NCBI GenBank assembly: GCA_963677485.1
Contig: OY781964.1
Span: forward strand, 1,824,001-1,888,000
Direction: 5' to 3'
Source of the DNA: Armatimonadota bacterium
GTDB lineage: Bacteria; Armatimonadota; HRBIN16
DNA: 64,000 bases
In this document: in pieces, positions 1-10,251 of the stretch
How positions within the stretch are numbered: position 1 is the stretch's first letter
Layout of the letters: each line of letters opens with the position of its first letter
Translations under genes and position numbers: made by a program
The notes under the pieces: generated by a model
The model's database searches: none
Told to the model about the DNA's origin: nothing
The model's input: only the letters and a program-made list of their open reading frames with translations

Positions 1-1474
1 CCGCCCCAGTGATGACCAGCCGCGATGTGAAGTTGGTGGCAAGCTCCAGTCCGTACTGGTTGCCCCCCGCCGTGCGTTTGCTGAAGATACCCTCGCCAGA
101 TGCTGTGCCTAACCTGATGGCACCACTGATCACAGTTCCAGTATTAGTGTTGTTCGGATCGACATTCAGACTTAGCGCACTGAGACTCCCGGTGACGGAA
201 AGATCACTGAACGTGTTATCTATGCGCTGCCAAGTGCCTATGCCGTTGATGTCGCTCTTCAGAATATAGCCGTTGTTGGCCCCGGTAGCCATTCGGAAAC
301 CGCCCACTATCGCCTGGCCATCGACTAGCAATCCAGGCCCCTTGTGGTTCCCTGTCACATGCAGCGTTGGAGCCGTGGAGTTGGCATTGTCTATCCCCAG
401 CCACATGGTCTTGCCTGTGCCGCGGTTTAACAGCTTGAAGGTTTCATCTGTTGTGGTGGCGGTGACATTGTATGGAAGAGTCAGCCCGTCACGCCGCCAT
501 GAAGCGATACCTGCGGCATCGCTGCCCAGCACATAGCCGTTCGTGGCTCCGATGGGGAGTTTCAACGAATCGGCTTGCAGGGCTCCCTCAAACAGCCCCG
601 CCAGACCGGTGCCAGGTGTAGCCTTTATGGCAGGACCGCTACCTGTTGTGGTAGCCAAGACGCTGGGCTGGGTGTTCGCTGCATTGACGATCTCAAAATG
701 GCCCGCAGCCCCTCTGCCTGTGGTATGTGACGCCAATGCACTGGCGGCTCCCCCCACGGTGTCGAAATACGCTGCAGAGCCGTTGGCTTTATTCTTCACC
801 ACCATAGTCGTAAAGTCTGTGCTGCCGGTAGTTTCAAACTTGCCGGCGAAACCACTGCCTGTAGCCAGACCGTATACAGCGGTGCCAGTGCCGTCTGCGG
901 AAGCTTGTATCGCAAGACCCCCGCCGTTCGTACTAACGAATAGAGCACTGTTGTTGTTGGCTGCGTTTTTAATTTGAAAAACACCGGCTGCACCGTTGCC
1001 AGTATTAATCGCCATGATCGCAGCTCCTGCTCCCGAGTTTGTGAGGGACAGCACAGGGCTTCCACTTGATATCGAGGCCACAGCAGGCCACAGTAACTCC
1101 ACCGCCCTGAGGGCATACGGCACCGCACCAAGTGCGATGCGTGGCATGGGCGTATCGGTGCCCAACTGCACCTGCAGGAACACGTTCGCAGCCGGAAGTG
1201 CTGCCGAAGGAACTGGCCCAATGGAGGCGGTGAATAGCCCTTTGCTTAATGCGATTGTCTTGTTGCCGCTGCCCCAAAGCTGGTTTCCCCCTGTTACAGC
1301 ATCCCAGATACTGAATACCATCTGGTAGTTCCCATTCGGCATGGGGGTGCCGGCGGTGTCGGTCAGTCTGCCCTGGTAGTTGAAGCTGCTGGGCAGCGTC
1401 TGCGCGTGCAAAGATGGAGATAGAACGGAGCCTATCATAAATAATGCAACCCAGAGTGTCATGTATTGTTTCAT
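1..1474 (-). CDS. Secreted fibre/adhesin-like protein (NYQGRL family), 3' end outside window; paralogue of 1517..3433
   Basis: Manual translation from ATG 1474 (RBS AGGAG): MKQYMTLWVALF...AQTLPSSFNYQGRLTDTAGTP; frame stays open to the window edge; Gly/Ala/Thr beta-repeats and GYILKSD..G..TW motifs. Absent from the ORF track because it has no stop in the window. Confidence 0.85.
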   Translation of the reverse strand, partial: MKQYMTLWVALFMIGSVLSPSLHAQTLPSSFNYQGRLTDTAGTPMPNGNYQMVFSIWDAVTGGNQLWGSGNKTIALSKGLFTASIGPVPSAALPAANVFLQVQLGTDTPMPRIALGAVPYALRAVELLWPAVASISSGSPVLSLTNSGAGAAIMAINTGNGAAGVFQIKNAANNNSALFVSTNGGGLAIQASADGTGTAVYGLATGSGFAGKFETTGSTDFTTMVVKNKANGSAAYFDTVGGAASALASHTTGRGAAGHFEIVNAANTQPSVLATTTGSGPAIKATPGTGLAGLFEGALQADSLKLPIGATNGYVLGSDAAGIASWRRDGLTLPYNVTATTTDETFKLLNRGTGKTMWLGIDNANSTAPTLHVTGNHKGPGLLVDGQAIVGGFRMATGANNGYILKSDINGIGTWQRIDNTFSDLSVTGSLSALSLNVDPNNTNTGTVISGAIRLGTASGEGIFSKRTAGGNQYGLELATNFTSRLVITGA

Positions 1475-1516
1475 GCTATCGCTCCTGTTGTGTCGACGCG
1501 CTCACGGTTCCGCTGG

Positions 1517-3433
1517 CTACAACCCCGTTGGTACGAACAGCACTCTCAGGGATGTTTCACGGCTTGTTAAGCAGTTAGCTGTTGCACCAGAGGAGTATTG
1601 GCCGCGCAAGTAAAATGTGATTGTTTGTCCTTTTGTGACTGGATAGGAGTAAAAAACCGTCAAATCCTGGTTCATCCTGGTGCCCCTGTCTTGAAAAAGA
1701 TAGGATCGCTTCAACGATGTGACACTGCCGTTTTCAATCTGGCCGTAGAGGTAGAAAGAAAATTCTGCAGGGTAATTCACTAAAGTATTGACAGCCACTT
1801 GCATGGCACCATCGATTATGAACTCGCCTGCAGAAGGTGCCTGGACGGTCATGGTCTGAATATCTTTCACTTCACCCACCGCCCATGTAGTGTAGCTATT
1901 TGTATAGCCATACTTCACGAAAGTGTGATTATTCACGACCAGATTTCCGTCAGTGTCGATGCAAGCCACTTCCGCGTTGCTGTTTCGGAATGAAGCGATC
2001 TTTCCAGTGCCGGTGTTCATCACATTCAACACGCCGTTTGGATTGGAACCTGATCCGCCGACCTTCAACGCTGGGGCGGTATCACCTCCACTGTTGGTGT
2101 TGTTGATGAAAGCCATAGGGGTAGTGTGATCACCTGACAGGCTGTCTTCCATGTGAAGCATGTATAAAGGCATCTTTGTTCTAATGCCCACATTTCCGGT
2201 GTTCGTGATGCTGATGCGGGGCTCATAATATGTGGTGATGTCCAGCCCATTCTGGTTTCCGCCGGGGGTCCGTTTGCTGAATATCCCCTCGCCGGAGTTA
2301 CCACCAAATGACAAACCACCTTCGATCAGCATACCATCGTTGACGCTGTTCGCATCGGCGACCACATAGCGAGCACTCAGTCTGTTGGTCAGGGTGAGGT
2401 CGGTGAGAAGGTCTGCACGATTCCAAGTGGCATTTCCGTGTCCGTCGCTCTTCAGCACATATCCTGAGGCTGCGCCTGTGGGCATCGTCAGGCCAGTAAG
2501 CTCTACAGTGCCCTGGAACAGCCCTGCCAAACCTGTGCCTGCACTCGCTTTTAGTGCCGGGCCGCTGCCTGCGGTTGTCGTGATCAGACTGGGTAGACTG
2601 TTTGTGGCGGTATAGGATTCAAAAGAGCCAGCACTACCTGAGGCAAAGTTCCGCGAGACCAGACTGGTTCCAGTTCCGGCTGAGGCCTCAAAATAGCCGG
2701 CGTTGCCAGAAACTGTGTTGAGCGCCAGCAGCGTAGGCTTCACGGTCGTTCCTGTGGTGACGAACATCCCGGCATTGCCATTACCGGTCGCCTTGCCCTC
2801 AATCGCATAGCCTGTTCCAGAGGTTTGTCCAAAAACGGCGATGCTTCCGCCGGAAGTCGATGCTTCCACAGCATTGCCTGTGCCGTTGGTTCTGGCTATC
2901 AGAGCCGAACCGGCACTAGCCGGATTCGCTATTTCGAAGAATCCACCGTTCCCGGTGCCGGTGTTCTGCACTTTCAAGCCATATCCACTACCGGAGTTTA
3001 CAATCGACAGAACCGGGTTGGTATTTGAAATTGAAGCGATGGCCGGCCAGAACAGTTCCACAGCTTTGAGCGCATATGGAACGGCTCCTAATGCGATACG
3101 AGGCATGGGTGTATCTATGCCCATCTGCACCTGCAGGAACACATTCGCAGCCGGAAGTGCCGCCGAAGGAACTGGCCCAATGGAGGCGGTGAATAGCCCT
3201 TTGCTCAATGCCACCGTCTTGTTACCGCTGCCCCAAAGTTGGTTCCCGCCAGCCACTGCGTCCCAGATACTGAATATCATCTGGTAGTTGCCGTTGGGCA
3301 GCGGGGTACCCGCTGTGTCGGTCAGCCTGCCCTGATAGTTGAAGCTGCTGGGCAGGGTCTGAGCGTGAAGAGAACTCACAACCATAGGCCAAAGGACGAA
3401 AAGAGCAGTTCCGATTTGCAAAAGGTGCTTCAC
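1517..3433 (-). CDS. Secreted fibre/adhesin-like protein (NYQGRL N-terminal domain, tail-fibre-like repeats)
   Basis: 638 aa; signal peptide, FNYQGRL...VPYAL domain, GYVLKSDG.GNATW and GNVGI motifs typical of trimeric fibre-like proteins; GTG start with GGAGG RBS. Confidence 0.8.
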   Translation of the reverse strand: MKHLLQIGTALFVLWPMVVSSLHAQTLPSSFNYQGRLTDTAGTPLPNGNYQMIFSIWDAVAGGNQLWGSGNKTVALSKGLFTASIGPVPSAALPAANVFLQVQMGIDTPMPRIALGAVPYALKAVELFWPAIASISNTNPVLSIVNSGSGYGLKVQNTGTGNGGFFEIANPASAGSALIARTNGTGNAVEASTSGGSIAVFGQTSGTGYAIEGKATGNGNAGMFVTTGTTVKPTLLALNTVSGNAGYFEASAGTGTSLVSRNFASGSAGSFESYTATNSLPSLITTTAGSGPALKASAGTGLAGLFQGTVELTGLTMPTGAASGYVLKSDGHGNATWNRADLLTDLTLTNRLSARYVVADANSVNDGMLIEGGLSFGGNSGEGIFSKRTPGGNQNGLDITTYYEPRISITNTGNVGIRTKMPLYMLHMEDSLSGDHTTPMAFINNTNSGGDTAPALKVGGSGSNPNGVLNVMNTGTGKIASFRNSNAEVACIDTDGNLVVNNHTFVKYGYTNSYTTWAVGEVKDIQTMTVQAPSAGEFIIDGAMQVAVNTLVNYPAEFSFYLYGQIENGSVTSLKRSYLFQDRGTRMNQDLTVFYSYPVTKGQTITFYLRGQYSSGATANCLTSRETSLRVLFVPTGL

Positions 3434-3471
3434 AGATATGCCTCCATACCAGTTACAACGGCGTTGTTATT

Positions 3472-4134
3472 CTAGTTGTCGCCTTGAGAACCAAAGAACA
3501 TGTCGATGATCACGTAGTCGAACAGCGTGACATAACCGTCCATATCCAGATCGGCCATGGGAACATTGGTCTTGCCGAAGTTGATGTCAAGTTGAACGAA
3601 GTCAAAAAGGTTGACCTGGTTGTCTCCGTCTGCATCACCGTTGGCTAGCTGCACATTGACTCCTGGCAGTTCACCATACAAGTCTACTGTTTGCGCCTTA
3701 CGCAGCCAGTGCGGAGCTTGGAACAAAATGTTGTAGTTGCCATCGTCTGGTATCTCCAGCGCATACTGGCCTTGCGCGCCCAACGAGAGCGGGATCGTGT
3801 TGACAATCTGCCCGTTTTGGCGTAACACGGCTGTTGCGGCTACCTGTGACGGGCTGCCCAGTATAGACATCAGGTTCACGGTGCCTGAGAGCCGCGACGC
3901 GAACGGCACAGCCAGCAGGAAGCTGCTGCGCATCTGACTGGTGTTGGAGTTCACGATAGAAGCCGCGCCGCCGTCCAGGCTGCTCCAGAGCATCACATTG
4001 CCCTGGGCACTGTAGGAGGCACCTCCGGTGGTGCTGGAGAACGGCAGCAGAGTGGTCTGCGCTTGCAGGAAACTGCTCATGCTGAGTAGAATTGCTAGCA
4101 TGATGTAACGTACTGGTATGTGTGCCATATCCAA
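3472..4134 (-). CDS. Small secreted protein with C-terminal dockerin-like double Ca-binding repeat
   Basis: Signal peptide; GDADGDNQVNLFDF and ADLDMDGYVTLFDY EF-hand/dockerin-like loops; APHWLRK motif. Confidence 0.8.
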   Translation of the reverse strand: MDMAHIPVRYIMLAILLSMSSFLQAQTTLLPFSSTTGGASYSAQGNVMLWSSLDGGAASIVNSNTSQMRSSFLLAVPFASRLSGTVNLMSILGSPSQVAATAVLRQNGQIVNTIPLSLGAQGQYALEIPDDGNYNILFQAPHWLRKAQTVDLYGELPGVNVQLANGDADGDNQVNLFDFVQLDINFGKTNVPMADLDMDGYVTLFDYVIIDMFFGSQGDN

Positions 4135-4232
4135 TACCTCGTTTAGAGATTATTCATTATAGCACTTGCAGATGTGTTTAAGTACGATCATTTACATTAT
4201 TTATTACAGAACAAGCATCTGGAGGTATTTAC

Positions 4233-5465
4233 ATGGCCCTGAATGATAGACATGAGCGCACCACAGCCAACCCAACCGCACGCCAACTCGACTACCAGCG
4301 TTTGGAATACGGGCTGTTTGTGCATTACGGTTTAGCAAGCTACTACCCAGACCGTCGCGACTTCGATGACACGAAGATGCAACCCAGTGCATTCCAGCCC
4401 ACACAGTTGGATCCTGAACAGTGGATACAGACCGCTGAGCGAGCGGGGATGAAATATGCCGTGTTTACGGCGAAGCACCACGATGGCTGGTGTAACTGGC
4501 CCAGCAAATATACTAGCTTCTGCATCTCGAACTCCCCCTGGAAAGAGGGCAAAGGAGATCTGGTGGCTGAGTACGTGGAGGCCTGCCGACGGCACAACTT
4601 CTGGATTGGGCTCTACTATTCGCCTTACGACGAGCAGTGTACGGAATATGCTGACGACAAGGCGTATGACGACTACTTCATCAACCAGCTCTCTGAGCTG
4701 CTCAGCAACTACGGCAGGATCGACATCCTCTGGCTTGACGGCTGCCGCCCTGCCAGCGCGATGGCGCACGAATACGACTGGCCGCGGATTTTCGATGCGG
4801 TTTTCGCTCTGCAGCCGGACATTTTGCTGTTCAACACCGACGCGCAGAAAATCCGCTGGGTGGGCAATGAGCGCGGCATCGCGCCCAGCCCCTGCTGGAA
4901 CTGCGAACCCGGTACTGATGGCGGTTTGGTCTGGCTGCCCGCTGAATGCGACTGCAAAATCCGGGACCACTGGTTCTACCGACCTGGGCTGAACGACCTG
5001 AAAAGCGTGGATGAGCTGCTCGGGATGTTTGATTACAGCATCGGCCGAGGCACCAATCTGCTGTTGAATGTGGGGCCTGAACCCTCCGGACTGCTGCCCG
5101 CAGAGGATGTGCAACGGCTGATGGAGCTAAAATCGGCCGTGGATAAGCGACGATCCAAGCCGTTGGGTATTCTAGCCGATGGCGAAAGCAGTGCGGAATG
5201 CTGGCACTGGAAGTCGAGTCTGTGGCCCGCCCCGCTGTTGACTATGGTAGAGCTACAAGAGGAACTGAGCTCCGGTGAGCATGTCATCGGCTGGCGTGTG
5301 GAGCTGTTTGTGGACAACCAATGGATACTGGTGGGTCAGGGCGAAAGCCTGGGAAACAGGGCGATCTGCCGCTTCCCGCCATTCCGCTGCTCGGAGCTGC
5401 GAGTGCTGCTGCAGCAGAACCCCGGCGGCCAGCCGCTTCGCGGCGCGGCTGTTTACGGCGTGTGA
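4233..5465 (+). CDS. Alpha-L-fucosidase (GH29)
   Basis: GLFVHYG, TAKHHDGW, GLYYSPYD, ILWLDG, RWVGNERG, WLPAECD and LLLNVGP motifs; GGAGG RBS. Confidence 0.92.
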   Translation: MALNDRHERTTANPTARQLDYQRLEYGLFVHYGLASYYPDRRDFDDTKMQPSAFQPTQLDPEQWIQTAERAGMKYAVFTAKHHDGWCNWPSKYTSFCISNSPWKEGKGDLVAEYVEACRRHNFWIGLYYSPYDEQCTEYADDKAYDDYFINQLSELLSNYGRIDILWLDGCRPASAMAHEYDWPRIFDAVFALQPDILLFNTDAQKIRWVGNERGIAPSPCWNCEPGTDGGLVWLPAECDCKIRDHWFYRPGLNDLKSVDELLGMFDYSIGRGTNLLLNVGPEPSGLLPAEDVQRLMELKSAVDKRRSKPLGILADGESSAECWHWKSSLWPAPLLTMVELQEELSSGEHVIGWRVELFVDNQWILVGQGESLGNRAICRFPPFRCSELRVLLQQNPGGQPLRGAAVYGV

Positions 5466-5558
5466 GGCAAATGGTCGATCAGACCGGCGCGGAAGGTATC
5501 TGCACAGCAAGCGCAGGTGTACCGAGAAACCGCGCCGGTCATTTCGCCCGATGCTTCT

Positions 5559-7280
5559 CTATATTTTCTTCGTGGTGTATGCGACTGTAGAATCGAACAG
5601 CCGGCTTTCGGGCATATCTGTTGGGCAAACCTCCAGAACGGCTGCCGTTACACGCTCATCGCGATGCTGCTGCAGGTGATCGAACCGCTGCTCCTGGGTC
5701 AGATTGCGCATGCGAGCCTGGTAGGCCTTCAAGACAGCGGCGATCTTTGATACGACTCTGTTGGGCCGATGAACCAGCAGCGCGCTCGCGATGCAGAGTG
5801 TCGCCAACACCATCGGCAGAGTACGCACTGCGGATTCAACGTTGTTGATGTCCCTAAGCATCAGCAGCGAAATTCCAGCGGGTAGTAGTGACCACAGTGG
5901 GCCGTTTTTCAGGCGTGAAAGCTGAGCGCCATACCCAAGTATCAATGTAGCCATCAACAAATAGAGGGTTCCCGTGGTGTTGCCTAAATATGTAGCCGCA
6001 TAAATTGGTAATCCGTAGGCTTGTCTTGCCAACACTATAGCCGCAATGCTGCACACCAAACTGAATATCAACGGCCACATCCTCATCTCCTGACAGTGCA
6101 GCCACTTGCTGCCTTTCATGTATATATCGATGGCCGTAATGGCAGCCGTCGGGTAATCTAACCGGCACCGTTGAGGTTCAGTGGATGGAACTGGGCTGGG
6201 CTTGACACTGCGTGACAAGAGATCCACGTCTATGTAGTCGGCATTCGTCAATGGCCAATGTGAGATAGAGACGGTGGGGTTGTCGTAGGTCACATCGATC
6301 GTAATATGCTCAAGCTGCACCAGTTGTGTGAGCCCCGCGGCGGCGGCCATCGAATATTGCTCTGGCTCCAAAGCAAGGCTGCACATAGAGGCCGACAGAT
6401 CGGGCAGATCGCCATCCACCGGTGGTTTCCGCTTATTACGAATGTAGGCAAGGGATAGTTGGTACAGATAGCTCCCTAACACGACCAAGCTCAGCATCAC
6501 CGCAAGCATCATCTTGATGGGTATCTGCGATATGTAGGTCTGATTTGGTTTCGGCGCGCGACCCTTCAGCGTGCCGTCCCATGTGACATGCATCAGTGTG
6601 TTGCGATCGCCGTAGTATTTGTAAATTGACGGCTTGCCATCAAGAGGAACCACTCGATCGAGTTTGTCTGGGTTACTGGACTCAAACAGCTCCGCAGTGG
6701 CTGGTAATGGCCGATTCGTGCTGTCGAACAAGCGGATGTCCTGATGCGGCAAGGCCAGACACGGAAGGATCGGGATTTCGATCCACAGGTTGCATTTCCC
6801 TTGTTTTGAAGATGCCAGTCCGGTTTGCGTGGTCGTGATCCTCACGCGGTGGTTACCGTCTGTCAAGTTCCAGGGAATGGCGAGCTCGTCATATTCGGCC
6901 CTGTCGGTGATCTGAGGTAGAACCTCTTTACCATCAATCTGCACAGTGGCCGATTTCAGGCGTTGCGTGGTCGAAAGCAATTCCAAGCTATCAAAAGTGC
7001 GCGGGTAACGTAACATGAGGCTCTTTGTGCGCTCACTCACAGTCGCCACCGCATCGATAGAGACCTTCGCGTCACCCCATTTATCAACCCGGATGTGTAA
7101 ACTCCCAGTGCCGTAGAAGGGCACCGGATCAAACTTTTTATCTTTATAGCCAGGATTCACCACTAATGAGACGAGTATCAGAATCGCTGCCGTCAGCGTG
7201 ATTGGGGTAAACGTGGTCGCCCATGGTGAGCCTGGTCTGCGGTGATGATCTGACTGCTCTGCTTTGGTGCGGTGTTCCAA
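5559..7280 (-). CDS. Membrane protein, DUF2207-like architecture
   Basis: 573 aa; N-terminal TM, extracellular domain, several C-terminal TM helices; family assignment tentative. Confidence 0.55.
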   Translation of the reverse strand: MEHRTKAEQSDHHRRPGSPWATTFTPITLTAAILILVSLVVNPGYKDKKFDPVPFYGTGSLHIRVDKWGDAKVSIDAVATVSERTKSLMLRYPRTFDSLELLSTTQRLKSATVQIDGKEVLPQITDRAEYDELAIPWNLTDGNHRVRITTTQTGLASSKQGKCNLWIEIPILPCLALPHQDIRLFDSTNRPLPATAELFESSNPDKLDRVVPLDGKPSIYKYYGDRNTLMHVTWDGTLKGRAPKPNQTYISQIPIKMMLAVMLSLVVLGSYLYQLSLAYIRNKRKPPVDGDLPDLSASMCSLALEPEQYSMAAAAGLTQLVQLEHITIDVTYDNPTVSISHWPLTNADYIDVDLLSRSVKPSPVPSTEPQRCRLDYPTAAITAIDIYMKGSKWLHCQEMRMWPLIFSLVCSIAAIVLARQAYGLPIYAATYLGNTTGTLYLLMATLILGYGAQLSRLKNGPLWSLLPAGISLLMLRDINNVESAVRTLPMVLATLCIASALLVHRPNRVVSKIAAVLKAYQARMRNLTQEQRFDHLQQHRDERVTAAVLEVCPTDMPESRLFDSTVAYTTKKI

Positions 7281-7539
7281 TCCAATACTCCTAAAATGAA
7301 ACTGCTGGTTGGCTCATCTGCGTTGTGACTTCTGCCCATTGGCTGCAAACGTCGCCCGATGCCGATGGAAGTATACCGTATTTATTGGGTTTTGGTGTCT
7401 ATTTGTGTGTATTCGTGGTTAACCGAAGACAAGTAGGACGAGTAGGTCGAGTAGGACAAGTGCCGTAACCTCCGCGCCCTCCGCGTCTCCGCGTGAGATT
7501 CCCGCCCTCTTCCGCGGCTTCGCGTGAGCTAACCGCCCG

Positions 7540-10251
7540 TCACTGCTTTCGCTTCAGCACGGTGATGCCGCCTGCGGGGGCGGGGCCAGTAGTCGCCCCA
7601 CTGAGCACCAGCCGGATGTTGTGCAGACCAGCGGGCACGGTGACCCACAGCCCCTTCACGGAGGCCTCGTAGATGACAGCCAGCCCTGTCTGCTTCACGC
7701 CATCCAGCCACACCTCAGGAACCGTGCTGAGGCCCATCACCTGCACCTTGCCGTCGCGCCAGAGCTCCACATTGAAGCTCACCGCATCCTTCTGCACCGA
7801 GGTGTCCGCCAGCCAACGGCCGGGCAATTGAAGCCCGATGCCCAGATTGCGATAGATTCGATAATCCCAAAGCGGTTTGCCGGTGTAGTATGGCACCGCC
7901 AGCGAAAAGACCATCGCTGGGTTTATGGCCACCCCATTCTGTGTCTGCGAACGCAGATTATACGAGTCCGGCAGCCAGCCTTCGAACTGCGGGTCGAAAC
8001 TCTTCGTAAATCCCTGTTGGATTCCGCTGGCTGTAATACCCCGCCAAAGCTGGTTCCACGGGCCGGTGGGGTCAAAACGCTCCAGCCGCCGGATGGCATC
8101 CGCATAGAACAGGCCGCACCACTGCACCGGCAAACCTGTCCAGCTACCCGTCCAGTTGGTGGCTCCCAGAACCGGGATGGTGGCATAGGGTCCGACCGCG
8201 CCCTCAGTGGGGTTGACCAGGTAGACGAACGGCACGCCCGTCCAAGCCCAAGTGATCGCACGGCTTAGAAGTTGCTGGTCACCGGTCAACTCATAGGCAT
8301 AGAGATAGGCAATGCACATCCAGCCGCTGGCCATGATGTCTGGGGTATGCAGCGGCACCTCCCAGGTCTGTGCACCACGTGGAGCCTGGTCATCGTAGAT
8401 CGAAAGCAGACGGCAAAGCTTCACCGCCTCCTGCTGCAAGCCCGCATCGCCGGAGAACACGGCGTGCTTCAGGGCCTGGGCAATCTGCTGACCTGACATG
8501 CCGTTCGCGTGGTCGGCCCAGTGCGTGCGGCCGTAGTTTGTGCCGGTGGCCGGGGGAACATAGGGCACAGTGCCATCAGCCCGCACTGGAGCCAGGAAAC
8601 CGGGTGCTTGTGCCTTGGAACTCTGCACATTCTGCAGCCAGTTGCCGTAGATCAACGAGGGGATGGGATAGGCGTTGCTGGCAATACCCCAGTTGTTTAT
8701 AGCCGCATCGGGAATGTCCTCCCAGGAGGGCGTCACCACCGGCTGCAAGCGGGCCTGCAGGATCGCATCGGTGGTGTTTCTCGCCAACCAGTCGATGTTA
8801 TAAGCTACCTCGCTACTGTATTGTGGGCTCCAGGTGGCACCATACCAGGCGAGTGGGCGGTATTGGCTTCCCACTTTTTGGCCGGTATCCAGCCATCCGG
8901 CACTGGTGAGTTTGATATAACCCTGCAGATCATAACCCGGGTTGGGCAGCGGACACAGGCCGTATCGTGCCACGTAGGCCTGCATGGAGGGCACCACATT
9001 ACTGCCCTCTCCGGCTTTGATGCTAAACCTGCCGGTATAGCTCTGACCAGCCGCCAGCGGCTCTGGGATCTGCGAGATGGGGTTCATCTGGTCGCGCGTG
9101 GTCTGCTCCCAGTCGCTCAGTATCGCCCCCATCAGGTGCTTGCCGCTGTTGAACAGGCGGTCGGGGGTATCGTATACCGGCTGCACCTGTCGGTTTTGCT
9201 GCCAGTTCAAGCTGATCCACCTGCCGTTGGCCTGCATACTCATCATAGGAAAAGTGAGCTTCTCGGGATCGGGCACCCGCCGCTTAGCGTCTTCGCACTC
9301 AAAATCGGCCCGGCTGCTGCTGGTGTCCTGCGGGTCGAGATACTCCATGCCGGGCAGAAGGCCCCGCTCGCGCGCTTCGGGGAACATCATACACAGCGGG
9401 AGGAAGTAGATACTGCGCGGTCGGTCCACGCAGACCGTGCTGGTCAGGTCGATGCTGTTGGTCTCCACAGATGGGGTAAAGCTCTGCGTGAACCGCCAGA
9501 TGGCCCCGTCGGGGTCGGTGAAGATGCTGAACACTGTGATCGCACCGTTCTGCAACTGAACGGAGGTCGGGGCCGACTGCATATCTACCCAGACCGCGCT
9601 GCCGGAGCTGTTCTGGTAGCATAGCCACGGCCGATCCCACCCAACCGCCATGCGGTTGCCGTTGTATTCCAGCACGTAGCGTCCCAATTGGGTCGCGCTG
9701 TGTGCCAGGTTCAGGCGTCCGCTGCTGATGCGCAGCGCACCCTCACCGGGTTCCTGGCCTGACGCCCCGCCCCAAGCGGGACTGGGCACATCGATGAGCT
9801 CCTGGAAGCGGATCCACTGCACCCAGCACTTGCCTGTGCTGCCGGGAGGGTCCAGCCGCAAAGCGCTCTGCGCGGGCAGGGCGGGCAGCTTCATCTTGAT
9901 CTCTCGCCAACTGCCTTTGGGCACCAAGAAGCTCACCTCATTACCGCCCACCGGCCCGTTCGGCTTGGTGAACCAGAAAAACTCACCAACGCCGCCCGCC
10001 TCCGAGAAGATGCGGATGGTCGCCAGCAGTGGACGGTTGGTGAAATCGCGCCATGGGCCGCTGAGGAAGGGGTCGATGCCGCTCAACGCCAGCTCCATGC
10101 CTTTGCCCTCGACGTAGCTTTGGCTGCTGATATCATGCGCGCCGGTCCAGGCCGCCACATCCGCGGGGCCGGTGAATTCGTAACTTGGTAAAGCTGCCCA
10201 AGCAGTTGCAGTGCAGTATATGAAGCATAGGAAGGCGATGAAGCGTCGCAT
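7540..10251 (-). CDS. Large secreted hypothetical protein, probable (alpha/alpha)-barrel glycan-active enzyme
   Basis: Start MRRFIAF after AGGAGG; signal peptide; Trp/Tyr-rich C-terminal half (PRGAQTWEVPLHTPDI, GLPVQWCGL). Confidence 0.7.
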   Translation of the reverse strand: MRRFIAFLCFIYCTATAWAALPSYEFTGPADVAAWTGAHDISSQSYVEGKGMELALSGIDPFLSGPWRDFTNRPLLATIRIFSEAGGVGEFFWFTKPNGPVGGNEVSFLVPKGSWREIKMKLPALPAQSALRLDPPGSTGKCWVQWIRFQELIDVPSPAWGGASGQEPGEGALRISSGRLNLAHSATQLGRYVLEYNGNRMAVGWDRPWLCYQNSSGSAVWVDMQSAPTSVQLQNGAITVFSIFTDPDGAIWRFTQSFTPSVETNSIDLTSTVCVDRPRSIYFLPLCMMFPEARERGLLPGMEYLDPQDTSSSRADFECEDAKRRVPDPEKLTFPMMSMQANGRWISLNWQQNRQVQPVYDTPDRLFNSGKHLMGAILSDWEQTTRDQMNPISQIPEPLAAGQSYTGRFSIKAGEGSNVVPSMQAYVARYGLCPLPNPGYDLQGYIKLTSAGWLDTGQKVGSQYRPLAWYGATWSPQYSSEVAYNIDWLARNTTDAILQARLQPVVTPSWEDIPDAAINNWGIASNAYPIPSLIYGNWLQNVQSSKAQAPGFLAPVRADGTVPYVPPATGTNYGRTHWADHANGMSGQQIAQALKHAVFSGDAGLQQEAVKLCRLLSIYDDQAPRGAQTWEVPLHTPDIMASGWMCIAYLYAYELTGDQQLLSRAITWAWTGVPFVYLVNPTEGAVGPYATIPVLGATNWTGSWTGLPVQWCGLFYADAIRRLERFDPTGPWNQLWRGITASGIQQGFTKSFDPQFEGWLPDSYNLRSQTQNGVAINPAMVFSLAVPYYTGKPLWDYRIYRNLGIGLQLPGRWLADTSVQKDAVSFNVELWRDGKVQVMGLSTVPEVWLDGVKQTGLAVIYEASVKGLWVTVPAGLHNIRLVLSGATTGPAPAGGITVLKRKQ

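Noticed and set aside
8509-9624. Long antisense ORFs (also 4332-5114, 11937-12740, 14643-15641, 38124-38867, 50048-50719)
   Set aside because: Shadow frames of well-supported genes in GC-rich DNA; no motifs
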